Assembly (NCBI GenBank): GCA_051362555.1
Contig: CM120647.1
Coordinates: 2,790,001-2,854,000 of the forward strand
Direction: 5' to 3'
Length of the DNA: 64,000 nt
Source: Lingula anatina
Taxonomy: Eukaryota; Animalia; Brachiopoda
Below are positions 47,901 to 62,900 of the stretch, in pieces; the first letter of the stretch is position 1; each line of letters begins with the position of its first letter. The translations under genes and the position numbers were made by a program. The notes beneath the pieces are model-generated. The model searched no databases. It was not told where the DNA came from and saw nothing but the letters and a program-made list of their open reading frames with translations.

Positions 47901-50900
47901 TCATTACTATTGCGCTGCATTTTTATGTTGTCACTGTATATCTATGTGTCTGTTCATATTCTGTTTGCTGTGTCTATTCTGTATTGTTACTGAATGTGTT
48001 TATATATATTGTATTGGCGGTGTAGGGCTTCTTCAATCTTTTTCCTTGTGTTCATTCTGGTAACTGTGCATGGCTGTGTCACTGTACATGTCAAATTTTT
48101 TTGTGATCACTGTGTAGCCTGTATTGTGTCTGTGTTTGTATTTATTTTGATTACTGTGCATGTTTGTGTTGTCACTGTTCAAGTTTGTATTTATTTTCAG
48201 CACTGTGTATGTCAGTTTTGTCACTCTATTTGTTTATTATTATTATTACTATTGCGCTGCATGATGGTGTTGTCAGTGTATGTCTATGTGTCTTTTTATA
48301 TTTGGTTTGCTGTGTCCATTCTATATTGTTACTAAATGTGTTTTTATATATTGAGACGAATGTAAACGGCTATGTTTACACTTTCTTTCTTTGTGCTCAT
48401 TGTCATTAAGGTGCACGTTACAATTGTCAATGTACATACAAATATTTATTTTGATCACTGTGTATGTTTGTGTTGTTACTGTTTGTGTCTGCATATGATT
48501 CTGAGCACTGTGTAAGTCTGTTTGTCCTATTTGTTTGTAATCATTATCAATTACTGTGCATGTTTATGCTAACATTGTTTGTGTTTGTATTTATTATGAT
48601 CACTGTGTATGCTTGTGTCATTACTGTTAATGTTTGTATTTATTATGAGCACTATATATGTCGATTTTGTCACTCTATTTGTTTATAATCATTACTATTG
48701 AGCTGAATGATGGTGTTGTCAATGTATGTCTATGGGTCTGCTTAAATTGTGTTTGCTGTGTCCATTCTATATTGTTACTGAATGTGTTTGTATATATTGT
48801 GAAGAATGTGTACAGCTATGTTTTCACTCATTTTTCTTGTATTTGTTGTCATTACAGTGCACGTTACTGTTGTCACTGTAAATGTTAATATTTATTTCAA
48901 TTAATTGCTGATTGCTGTGTATGACTGTTTAATTACACAATTTATTTGTGTTCATTCTGGTAACTGTGCATGGTTTTATCACTGTACATGTCAAAATTTT
49001 TTGTGATCACTGTGTAGTCTGTATTTTGACTGTGTTTGTATTTATTTTGATTACTGTGCATGTTTGTGCTATCACTGTTCGAGTATGTATTTATTCTCAG
49101 CACTATGTATGTCAGTTTGTCGCTCTATTTGTTTGTAATCATTACTATTGCGCTGAATGATGGTGTTGTCAATGTATGTCTATGTGTCTGTTTATATTGT
49201 GTTTGCTGTGTCCATTCTATATTGTTACTGAATGTGTTTGTATGAATGTGTACGGCTATGTTTTCTCTTTCTTTCCTTGTGTTCATTGTCATTACGGGGC
49301 ACGTTACAATTATCAATGTTCATGTAAATATTTATTTTGATCACTGTGTATGTTTGTGTTGGTACTGTTTGTGTCTGCATGCTATTCTGAGCACTAAGTA
49401 AGTATGATTGTCCTATTTGTTTGTAATCATTATCAATTACTGTGCATGTTTATGCTGTCATTGAATGTGTTAATTTGTATTTATTATGATCATTGTGTAT
49501 GTTTGCATAATTACTGATGATGTTAGTATTTATTGTGAGCACTGTGCATGTCAGTTTTGTCACTTTATTTGTTTGTAATCATTACTATTGCGCTGAATAA
49601 TGCTGTCGTCAATGAATGTCTTTGTGTCTGTTAATATTATTTGCTGTGTACATTCTGTATTGTTACTGAATGAGTATGTATATAATGTGAAGAATGTGTA
49701 CAGCTATGTTTTCACTCATTTTCCTTGTATTTGTTGTCATTACAGTGCATGTTACTGTTGTCACTGTACATTTTAATATTTATTTTGATCACTGTGTATA
49801 TCTGTGTTTTCACTACATCACTGATCACTGTGTATGACTGTGTTATCACCCAATTAATTTGTGTTCATTCTGGTAACTGTGCATGGTTGTGTCACTTGTG
49901 TACATGTCAAATTCTTTTGTGAATCACTGTATGTGTAGTCTGTATTGTGACTGTGTTTGTTTGAATATATTTTGATTACTGTGCATATTTGTGTTGTCAC
50001 TGTTCAAGTTTGTATTTATTCTCAGCACTATGTATGTCAGTTTGTCGCTCAATTTGTTTGTTATCATTACTATTGCGCTGCATGATGGTAATGTCAATGT
50101 ATGTCTATGTGTCTGTTTATATTGTGTTTGCTGTGTCCATTCTATATTGTTACTGAATGTGTGTGTATATATTGTGATGAATGTGTACGGCTATGTTTTC
50201 ACTTTCTTTCATTGTGTTCATTGTCATTAAGGTGCACGTTACAATTGTCAATGTACATACAAATATTTATTTTGATCACTGTGTATGTTTGTGTTGTTAC
50301 TGTTTGTGTCTGCATATGATTCTGAGCACTGTTTGTCATATTTGTTTGTAATCATTAGAAATTACTGTTCATGTTTTTGCTGTCATTGTTTGTGTTTGTA
50401 TTTATTATGATCACTGTGTATGTTTGTGTCTTTACTGTTGATGTTTGTATTTATTGTGAGCACTGTGCATGTCAGTATTGTCACTTTATTTGATTGTAAT
50501 CATTACTGTTGTGCTGAATAATGGTGTTGTCAATGTATGTCTATGTGTCTGTTTATATTGTGTTTGCTGTGTCCATTCTATATTGTTACTGAATGTGTGT
50601 GTATATTGTGATGAATGTGTATGGCTATGTTTTCACTTTCTTTCCTTGTGTTCATTGTCATTACGGGGCACGTTACAATTGTCAGTGTACATTTCACAGC
50701 CAAGAAGGAACAAACACTCCAGTTTATCCCAGATTTTTATTTCAGCTTCCCTGCTCCTATAACTGCTACAGCTACTATTACCACTCCTCCTTTTACTGCT
50801 GAAGGGCTATGGAAGGCCCTCCTTTATAGTGGTCTCTATACAATGGGATACTTTAGAAATATATATATATATGCTAATGGTTTATATAGGGTCAGTACAT

Positions 50901-53900
50901 GCAATACAATGGGGGTTCTTAGAAAAGTGACTATTAGTGATGTGTACATGGAATAAAGCAGTCAGACGGAGACAGATGTCTGAAGCTTGCAATGCTGAGG
51001 TGAGATGGACATGTAACATCTCAGAGTTATAATTTTTCATACTACACTATTTAATTGTCTTATTGAGTTATGATATGGCTCCCTCTGCCAGAAAGTTTCA
51101 TGCCCGAAACTATTTTGAAACAGTATAACAGAGATAAACAATTTTCTACGGAACAAATCTTGAGCTCACCCATTATCTTTATATATCTATATATAATTAT
51201 GTATTCGAGACAAACAAAAAAAATCTAATTATTTCTCAGGTCCATGACCATTATACAACACATTTTCAAGAACAAATTTTGAGTTGACCCATTACCTTTA
51301 TTTGTCTATATATAAGTATGTATTCGAGACAAAAATCTACCATGACCATTATACAACACATTTACAAGAACAAATTTTGAGTTGACCCATTACCTTTATA
51401 TATCTATATATAATTATGTATTCCTGACAAGGGAAAAAAATCTAATTATTTCTCAGAACCATTACCATTATATAACACATTTACAAGTGTATTCTATCAC
51501 AAGTCAATGGTAAATAACAAATTACAGGTTAAGTCACATCTACGATTTTACATTTACAATGGAATAAGGAAAAAATATATATGTTCTAAGTACTGCACAT
51601 ACTATAACTACAAAATGGCAAACTCTGGAACAGAGACAGTCACTAGGAGACATCAATATGGTTGGTGGAATTTATCAAACATTGATCAATGCTGATTGAT
51701 CTCTACCAGTATAAGTATAAGGGTGTCACCTATTGTGTACGATACAAGCTTAGTTCATTATGGGTATGTAATAGGTTCTCCTGTGGTGTAATGCAACAAG
51801 ATGTGACTGCTTGCAATGCTAAGGTGAGATGGACATGTAACATCTCAGCGTTATAATTTTTCATACCACACTATTTAATTGTCTTATTGAGTTATGATAT
51901 ACATGCAAATATTTATTTTGATCACTGTGTATGTTTGTGCTGTTACTTTTTGTGTCTGTATATGATTATGACACTGTGTAAGTCTGTTTGTCCTATTTGT
52001 TTGTAATCATTATCAATTACTGTGCATGTTTCTGCTGTCCCAGTTTACATTTGTATTTATTATGATCACTGTGTATATCATTGCTGTTGGTGTTTGTATT
52101 TATTGTGAGCACTGTAAATGTCAGTTTTGTCACTTTTTGTTTGTAATTTTTACTATTGCACTGCATGATGGTGTTGTCAATGTATGTCTTTGTGTCTGGT
52201 CATCTTCTGTTTTCTGTGATTATTCTGTTTTGTTACTGAATGTGTTTGTATATATTGTAATGAATGTGAACGACTATGTTTTCACTTTCTTTCCTTGTGT
52301 TCTTTGTCATTAAGGTGCACGTTACAATTGTCAATATACATACAAATATTTATTTTGATCACTGTGTATGTTTGTGTTGTTACTGTTTGTGTCTGCATAA
52401 GATTCTGAGCACTGTGTAAGTCTGTTTGTCATATTTGTTTGTAATCATTATCAATTACTGTGCATGTTTATGCTGACATTGTTTGTGTTTGTATTTATTA
52501 TGATCACTGTGTATGTTTGTGTCATTACTGTTAATGTTTGTATTTATTATGAGCACTATATATGTCGATTTTGTCGCTCTATTTGTGTATAATCATTACT
52601 ATTGAGCTGAATGATGGTGTTGTCAATGTTTGTCTATGTGTCTGCTTATATTGTGTTTGCTGTGTCCATTCTATATTGTTACTGAATGTGTTTGTATATA
52701 TTGTGAAGAATGTGTACAGCTATGTTTTCACTCATTTTTCTTGTATTTGTTGTCATTACAGTGCACGTTACTGTTGTCACTGTAAATGTTAATATTTATT
52801 TCAATTAATTGCTGATTGCTGTGTATGACTGTTTAATTACACAATTTATTTGTGTTCATTCTGGTAACTGTGCATGGTTTTGTCACTGTACATGTCAATA
52901 TTTTTTGTGATCACTGTGTAGTCTGTATTGTGACTGTGTTTGTTTGTATTTATTTTGATTACTGTACATATTTGTGCTGTCACTGTTCGAGTATGTATTT
53001 ATTCTCAGCACTATGTATGTCAGTTTGTCGCTCTATTTGTTTGTAATCATTACTATTGCGCTGCATGATGGTGTTGTCAGTGTATGTCTATGTGTCTTTT
53101 TATATTGGGTTTGCTGTGTCCATTCTATATTGTTACTAAATGTGTTTTTATATATTGAGATGAACGTGTACGACTATGTTTTCACTTTCTTTCCTTGTGT
53201 TCATTGTCATTACAGGGCACGTTACAATTGTCAATGTTCATGTAAATATTTATTTTGATCATTGTGTATGTTTGTGTTGGTACTGTTTGTGTCTCCATGC
53301 TATTCTGAGCACTGTGTAAGTATGTTTGTCCTATTTGTTTGTAATCGTTATCAATTACTGTGCATGTTTATGCTGTCTTTGAATCTGTTAATTTGTATTT
53401 ATTATGATCACTGTGTATGTTTGTAATCATTACTGATGATGTTAGTATTTATTGTGAGCACTTTGCATGTCAGTTTTGTCACTTTATTTGTTTGTAATCA
53501 TTGCTATTGCGCTGCATGATGGTGTTGTCAATGTATGTCTATGTGTCTGTTTATATTGTGTTTGCTGTGTCCATTCTATATTGTTCCTGAATTTGTGTAT
53601 ATATATTGTGTATATATTGTGATAAATGTGTACGGCTATGTTTTCACTTTCTTTCCTTGTGTTCATTGTCATTATGGGGCACGTTACAATTTTCAATGTT
53701 CATGTAAATATTTATTTTGATCACTATGTATGTTTGTGTTGGTACTGTTTGTGTTTGCATACGATTCTGAGCACTGTGTAATTCTGTTTGTCCTATTTTT
53801 TTTAATCATTATCGGTTACTGTGCATGTTTATGCTGTCATTATTTGTGTTTGTATTTATTATCTGTATGTTTGTGTCATTAATGTTGATGTTTGTATTTA

Positions 53901-56900
53901 TTGTTAACACTTTGCATGTCAGTTTTGTCAATTTATTGTTTGTAATCATTACTATTGCACTGATTAATGGTGTTGTCAATGTATGTCTATGTGTCTGTTT
54001 ATATTGTGTTTGCTGTGTCCATTCTATATTGTTACTAAATGTGTTTGTATGTATTGTGATGAACGTGTACGACTATGTTTTCACTTTCTTTCCTTGTGTT
54101 CTTTGTCATTAAGGTGCATGTTACAATTATCAATGTTCATGTAAATATTTATTTTGATCACTGTGTATATCTCTGTTTTCACTACATCACTGATCACTGT
54201 GTATGACTGTTTAATTACCCAATTTATTTGTGTTCATTCTGGTAGCTGAGCATGGTTTTGTCACTGTACATGTCAATATTTTTTGTGATCACTGTGTAGT
54301 CTGTATTGTGAATGTGTTTGTTTGTATTTATTTTGATTACTGTACATATTTGTGCTGTCACTGTTCGAGTATGTATTTATTGTCAGCACTGTGTATGTCA
54401 GTTTTGTCACTTAATTTGTTTGTAATCATTGCTATTGCGCTGCATGATGGTGTTGTCAATGTATGTCTATGTGTCTGTTTATATTGTGTTTGCTGTGTTC
54501 ATTCTGTATTGTTACTGAATGTGTTTGTATATATTGTGATGAATATGTATGGCTATGTTTACACTTCTTTCATTGTGTTCATTGTCATTAAGGTGCACGT
54601 TACAATTGTCAATGTACATACAAATATTTATTTTGATCACTGTGTATGTTTGTGTTGTTACTGTTTGTGTCTGCATACGATACTGAGCACTGTGTAAGTC
54701 TGTTTGTCTTATTTGTTTGTAATCATTGTAAATTACTGTTCATGTTTTCGCTGTCATTGTTTGTGTTTGTATTTATTATGATCACTGTGTATGTTTGCAT
54801 CATTACTGATGATGTTTGTATTTATTGTGAGCACTGTGCATGTCAGTTTTGTCACTTTATTTGGTTGTAATCATTACTATTGTGCTGAATAATGCTGTTG
54901 TCAATGTATGCCTTTGTGTCTCTTTATATTGTGTTTGCTGTGTTCATTCTGTATTGTTACTGAATGTTTTTGTATATATTGTGAGGAATGTGTACGCTTA
55001 TGTTTTCACTGTTTTTCCTTGTGTTCATTGTCATTATGGGGTACATTACAATTGTCAATGTACATGTAAATATTTATTTTGATCACTGTGTATGTTTGTG
55101 CTCTTACTGTTTGTATCTGCATACGATTCTGAGCACTGTGTATGTCTGTTTGTCCTATTTGTTTGTAATCATTATCAATTACTGTGCATGTTTATGCTGT
55201 CAATGTTTGTGTTTGTATTTATTATGATCACTGTGTATGTTTTTGTCATTAATGTTAATGTTTGTATTTATTGTGAGCACTGTGCATGTCAGTATTGTCA
55301 CTTTATTTGTTTGTAATCATTACTATTGTGCTGAATAATTGTGTGGTAAATATAGGTCTGTGTGTCTGTTTATATTATTTGTTGTGTCTACTCTGAATTC
55401 TTTCTGAATTTGTTTGTGTATATTGTTAGGAATGTGTACGCCTATGTTTTCACTGTTTTTCCTTGTATTTGTTGTCATTCTGGTGCATGTTATTGTTGTC
55501 AATGTACATGTTAATATATATTTGATCACTGTATATGTTTGTGTTATTACTGTTGGTGTTTGTATTTATTGTGAGCAGTGTGTATATCAGTTTTGTCTCT
55601 CTATTTGTTTGTTATCATTACTATTGCGCTGCATTTTTATGTTGTCACTGTATATCTATGTGTCTGTTCATATTCTGTTTGCTGTGTCTATTCTGTATTG
55701 TTACTGAATGTGTTTATAAATATTGTATTAGCAGTGTAGGGCTTCTTCAATCTTTTTCCTTGTGTTCATTCTGGTAACTGTGCATGGCTGTGTCACTGTA
55801 CATGTCAAATTTTTTTGTGATCACTGTGTAGCCTGTATTGTGTCTGTGTTTGTATTTATTTTGATTACTGTGCATGTTTGTGTTGTCACTGTTCAAGTTT
55901 GTATTTATTGTCAGCACTGTGTATGTCATTTTTGTCACTCTATTTGTTTATTATTATTATTATTACTATTGCGCTGCATGATGGTGTTGTCAGTGTATGC
56001 CTATGTGTCTGCTTATATTGTGTTTGCTGTGTCCATTCTATATTGTTACTGAATGTGTTTGTATATATTGTGAAGAATGTGTACAGCTATGTTTTCACTC
56101 ATTTTTCTTGTATTTGTTGTCATTACAGTGCACGTTACTGTTGTCACTGTAAATGTTAATATTTATTTCAATTAATTGCTGATTGCTGTGTATGACTGTT
56201 TAATTACACAATTTATTTGTGTTCATTCTGGTAACTGTGCATGGTTTTGTCACTGTACATGTCAAAATTTTTTGTGATCACTGTGTAGTCTGTATTTTGA
56301 CAGTGTTTGTATTTATTTTGATTACTGTGCATGTTTGTGCTATCACTGTTCGAGTATGTATTTATTCTCAGCACTATGTATGTCAGTTTGTCGCTCTATT
56401 TGTTTGTAATCATTACTATTGCGCTGAATGATGGTGTTGTCAATGTATGTCTATGTGTCTGTTTATATTGTGTTTGCTGTGTCCATTCTATATTGTTACT
56501 GAATGTGTTTTTATGAATGTGTACGGCTATGTTTTCTCTTTCTTTCCTTGTGTTCATTGTCATTACGGGGCACGTTACAATTGTCAATGTTCATGTAAAT
56601 ATTTATTTTGATCACTGTGTATGTTTGTGTTGGTACTGTTTGTGTCTGCATGCTATTCTGAGCACTGTGTAAGTATGATTGTCCTATTTGTTTGTAATCA
56701 TTATCAATTACTGTGCATGATTATGCTGTCATTGAATGTGTTAATTTGTATTTATTATGATCATTGTGTATGTTTGCATTATTACTGATGATGTTAGTAT
56801 TTATTGTGAGCACTGTGCATGTCAGTTTTGTCACTTTATTTGTTTGTAATCATTACTATTGCGCTGAATAATGCTGTCGTCAATGAATGTCTTTGTGTCT

Positions 56901-59900
56901 GTTAATATTATTTGCTGTGTACATTCTGTATTCTTACTGAATGAATATGTATATAATGTGAAGAATGTGTACAGCTATGTTTTCACTCATTTTCCTTGTA
57001 TTTGTTGTCATTACAGTGCACGTTACTGTTGTCACTGTACATTTTAATATTTATTTTGATCACTGTGTATATCTGTGTTTTCACTACATCACTGATCACT
57101 GTGTATGACTGTGTTATCACCCAATTAATTTGTGTTCATTCTGGTAACTGTGCATGGTTGTGTCACTTGTGTACATGTCAAATTCTTTTGTGAATCACTG
57201 TACGTGTAGTCTGTATTGTGACTGTGTTTGTTTGAATATATTTTGATTACTGTGCATATTTGTGTTGTCACTGTTCAAGTTTGTATTTATTCTCAGCACT
57301 ATGTATGTCAGTTTGTCGCTCAATTTGTTTGTTATCATTACTATTGCGCTGCATGAAGGTGTTGTCAATGTATGTCTATGTGTCTGTTTATATTGTGTTT
57401 GCTGTGTCCATTCTATATTGTTACTTAATGTGTGTGTATATATTGTGATAAATGTGTACGGCTATGTTTTCACTTTCTTTCCTTGTGTTCATTGTCATTA
57501 TGGGGCACGTTACAATTGTCAATGTTCATGTAAATATTTATTTTGATCACTGTGTATGTTTGTGCTGTTACTGTTTGTATCTGCATATGATTCTGAGCAC
57601 TGTGTAAGTCTGTTTGTCCTATTTGTTTGTAATCATTATCAATTACTGTGCATGTTTATGCTGTCAATGTTTGTGTTTGTATTTATTATGATCACTGTGT
57701 ATGTTTGTGTCATTAATGTTAATGTTTGTATTTATTGTGAGCACTGTGCATGTCAGTATTGTCACTTTATTTGTTTGTAATCATTACTATTGTGCCGAAT
57801 AATTGTGTGGTAAATATAGGTCTGTGTGTCTGTTTATATTATTTGCTCTGTCTACTCTGAATTCTTTCTGAATTTGTTTGTGTATATTGTTAGGAATGTG
57901 TACGCCTATGTTTTCACTGTTTTTCCTTGTATTTGTTGTCATTCTGGTGCATGTTATTGTTGTCAATGTACATGTTAATATATTTTGATCACTGTATATG
58001 TTTGTGTCATTACTGTTGGTGTTTGTATTTATTGTGAGCAGTGTGTATATCAGTTTTGTCACTCTATTTGTTTGTTATCATTACTATTGCGCTGCATTTT
58101 TATGTTGTCACTGTATATCTATGTGTCTGTTCATATTCTGTTTGCTGTGTCTATTCTGTATTGTTACTGAATGTGTTTATATATATTGTATTGGCGGTGT
58201 AGGGCTTCTTCAATCTTTTTCCTTGTGTTCATTCTGGTAACTGTGCATGGCTGTGTCACTGTACATATCAAATTTTTTTGTGATCACTGTGTAGCCTGTA
58301 TTGTGTCTGTGTTTGTATTTATTTTGATTACTGTGCATGTTTGTGTTGTCACTGTTCAAGTTTGTATTTATTGTCAGCACTGTGTATGTCAGTTTTATCA
58401 CTCTATTTGTTTATTATTATTATTACTATTGCGCTGCATGATGGTGTTGTCAGTGTATGTCTATGTGTCTTTTTATATTGGGTTTGCTGTGTCCATTCTA
58501 TATTGTTACTAAATGTGTTTTTATATATTGAGATGAATGTAAACGGCTATGTTTACACTTTCTTTCTTTGTGCTCATTGTCATTAAGGTGCACGTTACAA
58601 TTGTCAATGTACATACAAATATTTATTTTGATCACTGTGTATGTTTGTGTTGTTACTGTTTGTGTCTGCATACGATACTGGGCACTGTGTAAGTCTGTTT
58701 GTCCTATTTGTTTGTAATCATTATAAATTACTGTGCATGTTTATGGTGTCATTGTTTTTGTTTGTATTTATTATGATCACTGTCTATGTTTGGATCATTA
58801 CTGATGATGTTAGTATTTATTGTGAGCACTGTGCATGTCAGTATTGTCACTTTATTTGGTTGTAATCATTACTATTGCGCTGAATAATGCTGTTGTCAAT
58901 GTATGCCTTTGTGTCTCTTTATATTATGTTTGCTGTGTTCATTCTGTATTGTTACTGAATGTTTCTGTATATATTGTGATGAATGTGTACAGCTATGTTT
59001 TCACTCATTTTCCTTGTATTTGTTGTCATTACAGTGCACGTTACTGTTGTCACTATTCATTTTAATATTTATTTGGATCACTGTGTATATCTGTTTTCAC
59101 TATATCACTGATTACTGTGTATGACTGTGTTATCACCCAATTAATTTGTGTTCATTCTGGTAACTGTGCATGGTTGTGTCACTTGTGTACATGTCAAATT
59201 CTTTTGTGAATCACTGTACGTGTAGTCTGTATTGTGACTGTGTTTGTGTTGTCACTGTTCAAATTTATATTTATTGTCAGCACTGTGTATGTCAGTTTTG
59301 TCACTTTATTTGTTTGTAATTTTTACTATTGCACTGCATGATGGTGTTGTCAATGTATGTCTTTGTGTCTGGTCATCTTCTGTTTTCTGTGATTATTCTG
59401 TTTTGTTACTCAATGTGTTTGTATATATTGTAATGAATGTGTACGACTATGTTTTCACTTTCTTTCTTTGTGCTCATTGTCATTAAGGTGCACGTTACAA
59501 TTGTCAATGTACATACAAATATTTATTTTGATCACTGTGTATGTTTGTGTTGTTACTGTTTGTGTCTGCATACGATACTGAGCACTGTGTAAGTCTGTTT
59601 GTCATATTTGTTTGTAATCATTATCAATTACTGTGCATGTTTATGCTAACATTGTTTGTGTTTGTATTTATTATGATCACTGTGTATGTTTGTGTCATTA
59701 CTGTTAATGTTTGTATTTATTATAAGCACTATATATGTCGATTTTGTCACTCTATTTGTTTATAATCATTACTATTGAGCTGAATGATGGTGCTGTCAAT
59801 GTATCTCTATGGGTCTGCTTATATTGTGTTTGCTGTGTCCATTCTATATTGTTACTGAATGTGTTTGTATATATTGTGAAGAATGTGTACAGCTATGTTT

Positions 59901-62900
59901 TCACTCATTTTTCTTGTATTTGTTGTCATTACAGTGCACGTTACTGTTGTCACTGTAAATGTTAATATTTATTTCAAATAATTGCTGATTGCTGTGTATG
60001 ACTGTTTAATTACACAATTTATTTGTGTTCTTTCTGGTAACTGTGCATGGTTTTGTCACTGTACATGTCAAAATTTTTTGTGATCACTGTGTAGTCTGTA
60101 TTTTGACAGTGTTTGTATTTATTTTGATTAGTGTGCATGTTTGTGCTATCACTGTTCGAGTATGTATTTATTCTCAGCACTATGTATGTCAGTTTGTCGC
60201 TCTATTTGTTTATAATCATTACTATTGCGCTGAATGATGGTGTTGTCAATGTATGTCTATGTGTCTGTTTATATTGTGTTTGCTGTGTCCATTCTATATT
60301 GTTACTGAATGTGTGTGTATATATTGTGATAAATGTGTACGGCTATGTTTTCACTTTCTTTCCTTGTGTTCATTGTCATTATGGGGCACGTTACAATTGT
60401 CAATGTTCATGTAAATATTTATTTTGATCACTGTGTATGTTTGTGTTGGTACTGTTTGTGTTTGCATACGATTCTGAGCACTGTGTAAGTCTGTTTGTCC
60501 TATTTTTTAAAATCATTATCGGTTACTGTGCATGTTTATGCTGTCATTGTTTGTGTTTGTATTTATTATCTGTATGTTTGTGTCATTAATGTTGATGTTT
60601 GTATTTATTGTGAGCACTTTGCATGTCAGTTTTGTCAATTTATTGTTTGTAATCATTTCTATTGCACTGATTAATGGTGTTGTCAATGTATGTCTATGTG
60701 TCTGTTTATATTGTGTTTGCTGTGTCCATTCTATATTGTTACTAAATGTGTTTGTATGTATTGTGATGAACGTGTACGACTATGTTTTCACTTTCTTTCC
60801 TTGTGTTCATTGTCATTACAGGGCACGTTACAATTGTCAATGTTCATGTAAATATTTATTTTGATCATTGTGTATGTTTGTGTTGGTACTGTTTGTGTCT
60901 GCATGCTATTCTGAGCACTGTGTAAGTATGTTTGTCCTATTTGTTTGTAATCGTTATCAATTACTGTGCATGTTTATGCTGTCTTTGAATCTGTTAATTT
61001 GTATTTATTATGATCACTGTGTATGTTTGTAATCATTACTGATGATGTTAGTATTTATTGTGAGCACTTTGCATGTCAGTTTTGTCACTTTATTTGTTTG
61101 TAAATGTTAATATTTATTTCAATTAATTGCTGATTGCTGTGTATGACTGTTTAATTACACAATTTATTTGTGTTCATTCTGGTAACTGTGCATGTTTTTG
61201 TCACTGTACATGTCAATATTTTTTGTGATCACTGTGTAGTCTGTATTGTGACTGTGTTTGTTTGTATTTATTTTGATTACTGTACATATTTGTGCTGTCA
61301 CTGTTCGAGTATGTATTTATTCTCAGCACTATGTATGTCAGTTTGTCGCTCAATTTGTTTGTTATCATTACTATTGCGCTGCATGATGGTGTTGTCAATG
61401 TATGCCTTTGTGTCTCTTTATATTATGTTTGCTGTGTTCATTCTGTATTGTTACTGAATGTTTCTGTATATATTGTGATAAATGTGTACGGCTATGTTTT
61501 CACTTTCTTTCCTTGTGTTCATTGTCATTATGGGGCACGTTACAATTGTCAATGTTCATGTAAATATTTATTTTGATCACTGTGTATGTTTGTGCTGTTA
61601 CTGTTTGTATCTGCATATGATTCTGAGCACTGTGTAAGTCTGTTTGTCCTATTTGTTTGTAATCATTATCAATTACTGTGCATGTTTATGCTGTCAATGT
61701 TTGTGTTTGTATTTATTATGATCACTGTGTATGTTTGTGTCATTAATGTTAATGTTTGTATTTATTGTGAGCACTGTGCATGTCAGTATTGTCACTTTAT
61801 TTGTTTGTAATCATTACTATTGTGCTGAATAATTGTGTGGTAAATATAGGTCTGTGTGTTTGTTTATATTATTTGCTGTGTCTACTCTGAAATCTTTCTG
61901 AATTTGTTTGTGTATATTGTGAGGAATGTGTACGCCTATGTTTTCACTGTTTTTACTTGTATTTGTTGTCATTCTGGTGCATGCTATTGTTGTCAATGTA
62001 CATGTTAATATATTTTGATCACTGTATATGTTTGTGTCATTACTGTTGGTGTTTGTATTTATTGTGAGCAGTGTGTATATCAGTTTTGTCACTCTATTTG
62101 TTTGTTATCATTACTATTGCGCTGCATTTTTATGTTGTCACTGTATATCTATGTGTCTGTTCATATTCTGTTTGCTGTGTCTATTCTGTATTGTTACTGA
62201 ATGTGTTTATATATATTGTATTGGCGGTGTAGGGCTTCTTGAATCTTTTTCCTTGTGTTCATTCTGGTAACTGTGCATGGCTGTGTCACTGTACATGTCA
62301 AATTTTTTTGTGATCACTGTGTAGCCTGTATTGTGTCTGTGTTTGTTTATATTTACTTTGATTACTGTGCATGTTTGTGTTGTCACTGTTCAAGTTTGTA
62401 TTTATTGTCAGCACTGTGTATGTCAGTTTTGTCACTCTATTTGTTTATTATTATTATTACTATTGCGCTGCATGATGGTGTTGTCAATGTATGTCTATGT
62501 GAATCTTTATATTGTGTTTGCTGTGTCCATTCTATATTGTTACTGAATGTGTGTATATATATTGTGATGAATGTGTATGGCTGTTTTCACTTTCTTTCCT
62601 TGTGTTCATTGTCATTAAGGTGCACGTTACAATTGTCAATGTACATACAAATATTTATTTTGTGTATGTTTGTGTTGTTACTGTTTGTGTCTGCATATGA
62701 TTCTCAGCACTGTGTAAGTCTGTTTGTCATATTTGTTTGTAATCATTATAAATTACTGTTCATGTTTTTGCTGTCATTGTTTGTGTTTGTATTTATTATG
62801 ATCACTGTGTATGTTTTTGTCTTTAATGTTGATGTTTGTATTTATTGTGAGCACTGTGCATGTCAGTATTGTCACTTTATTTGGTTGTAATCATTACTAT

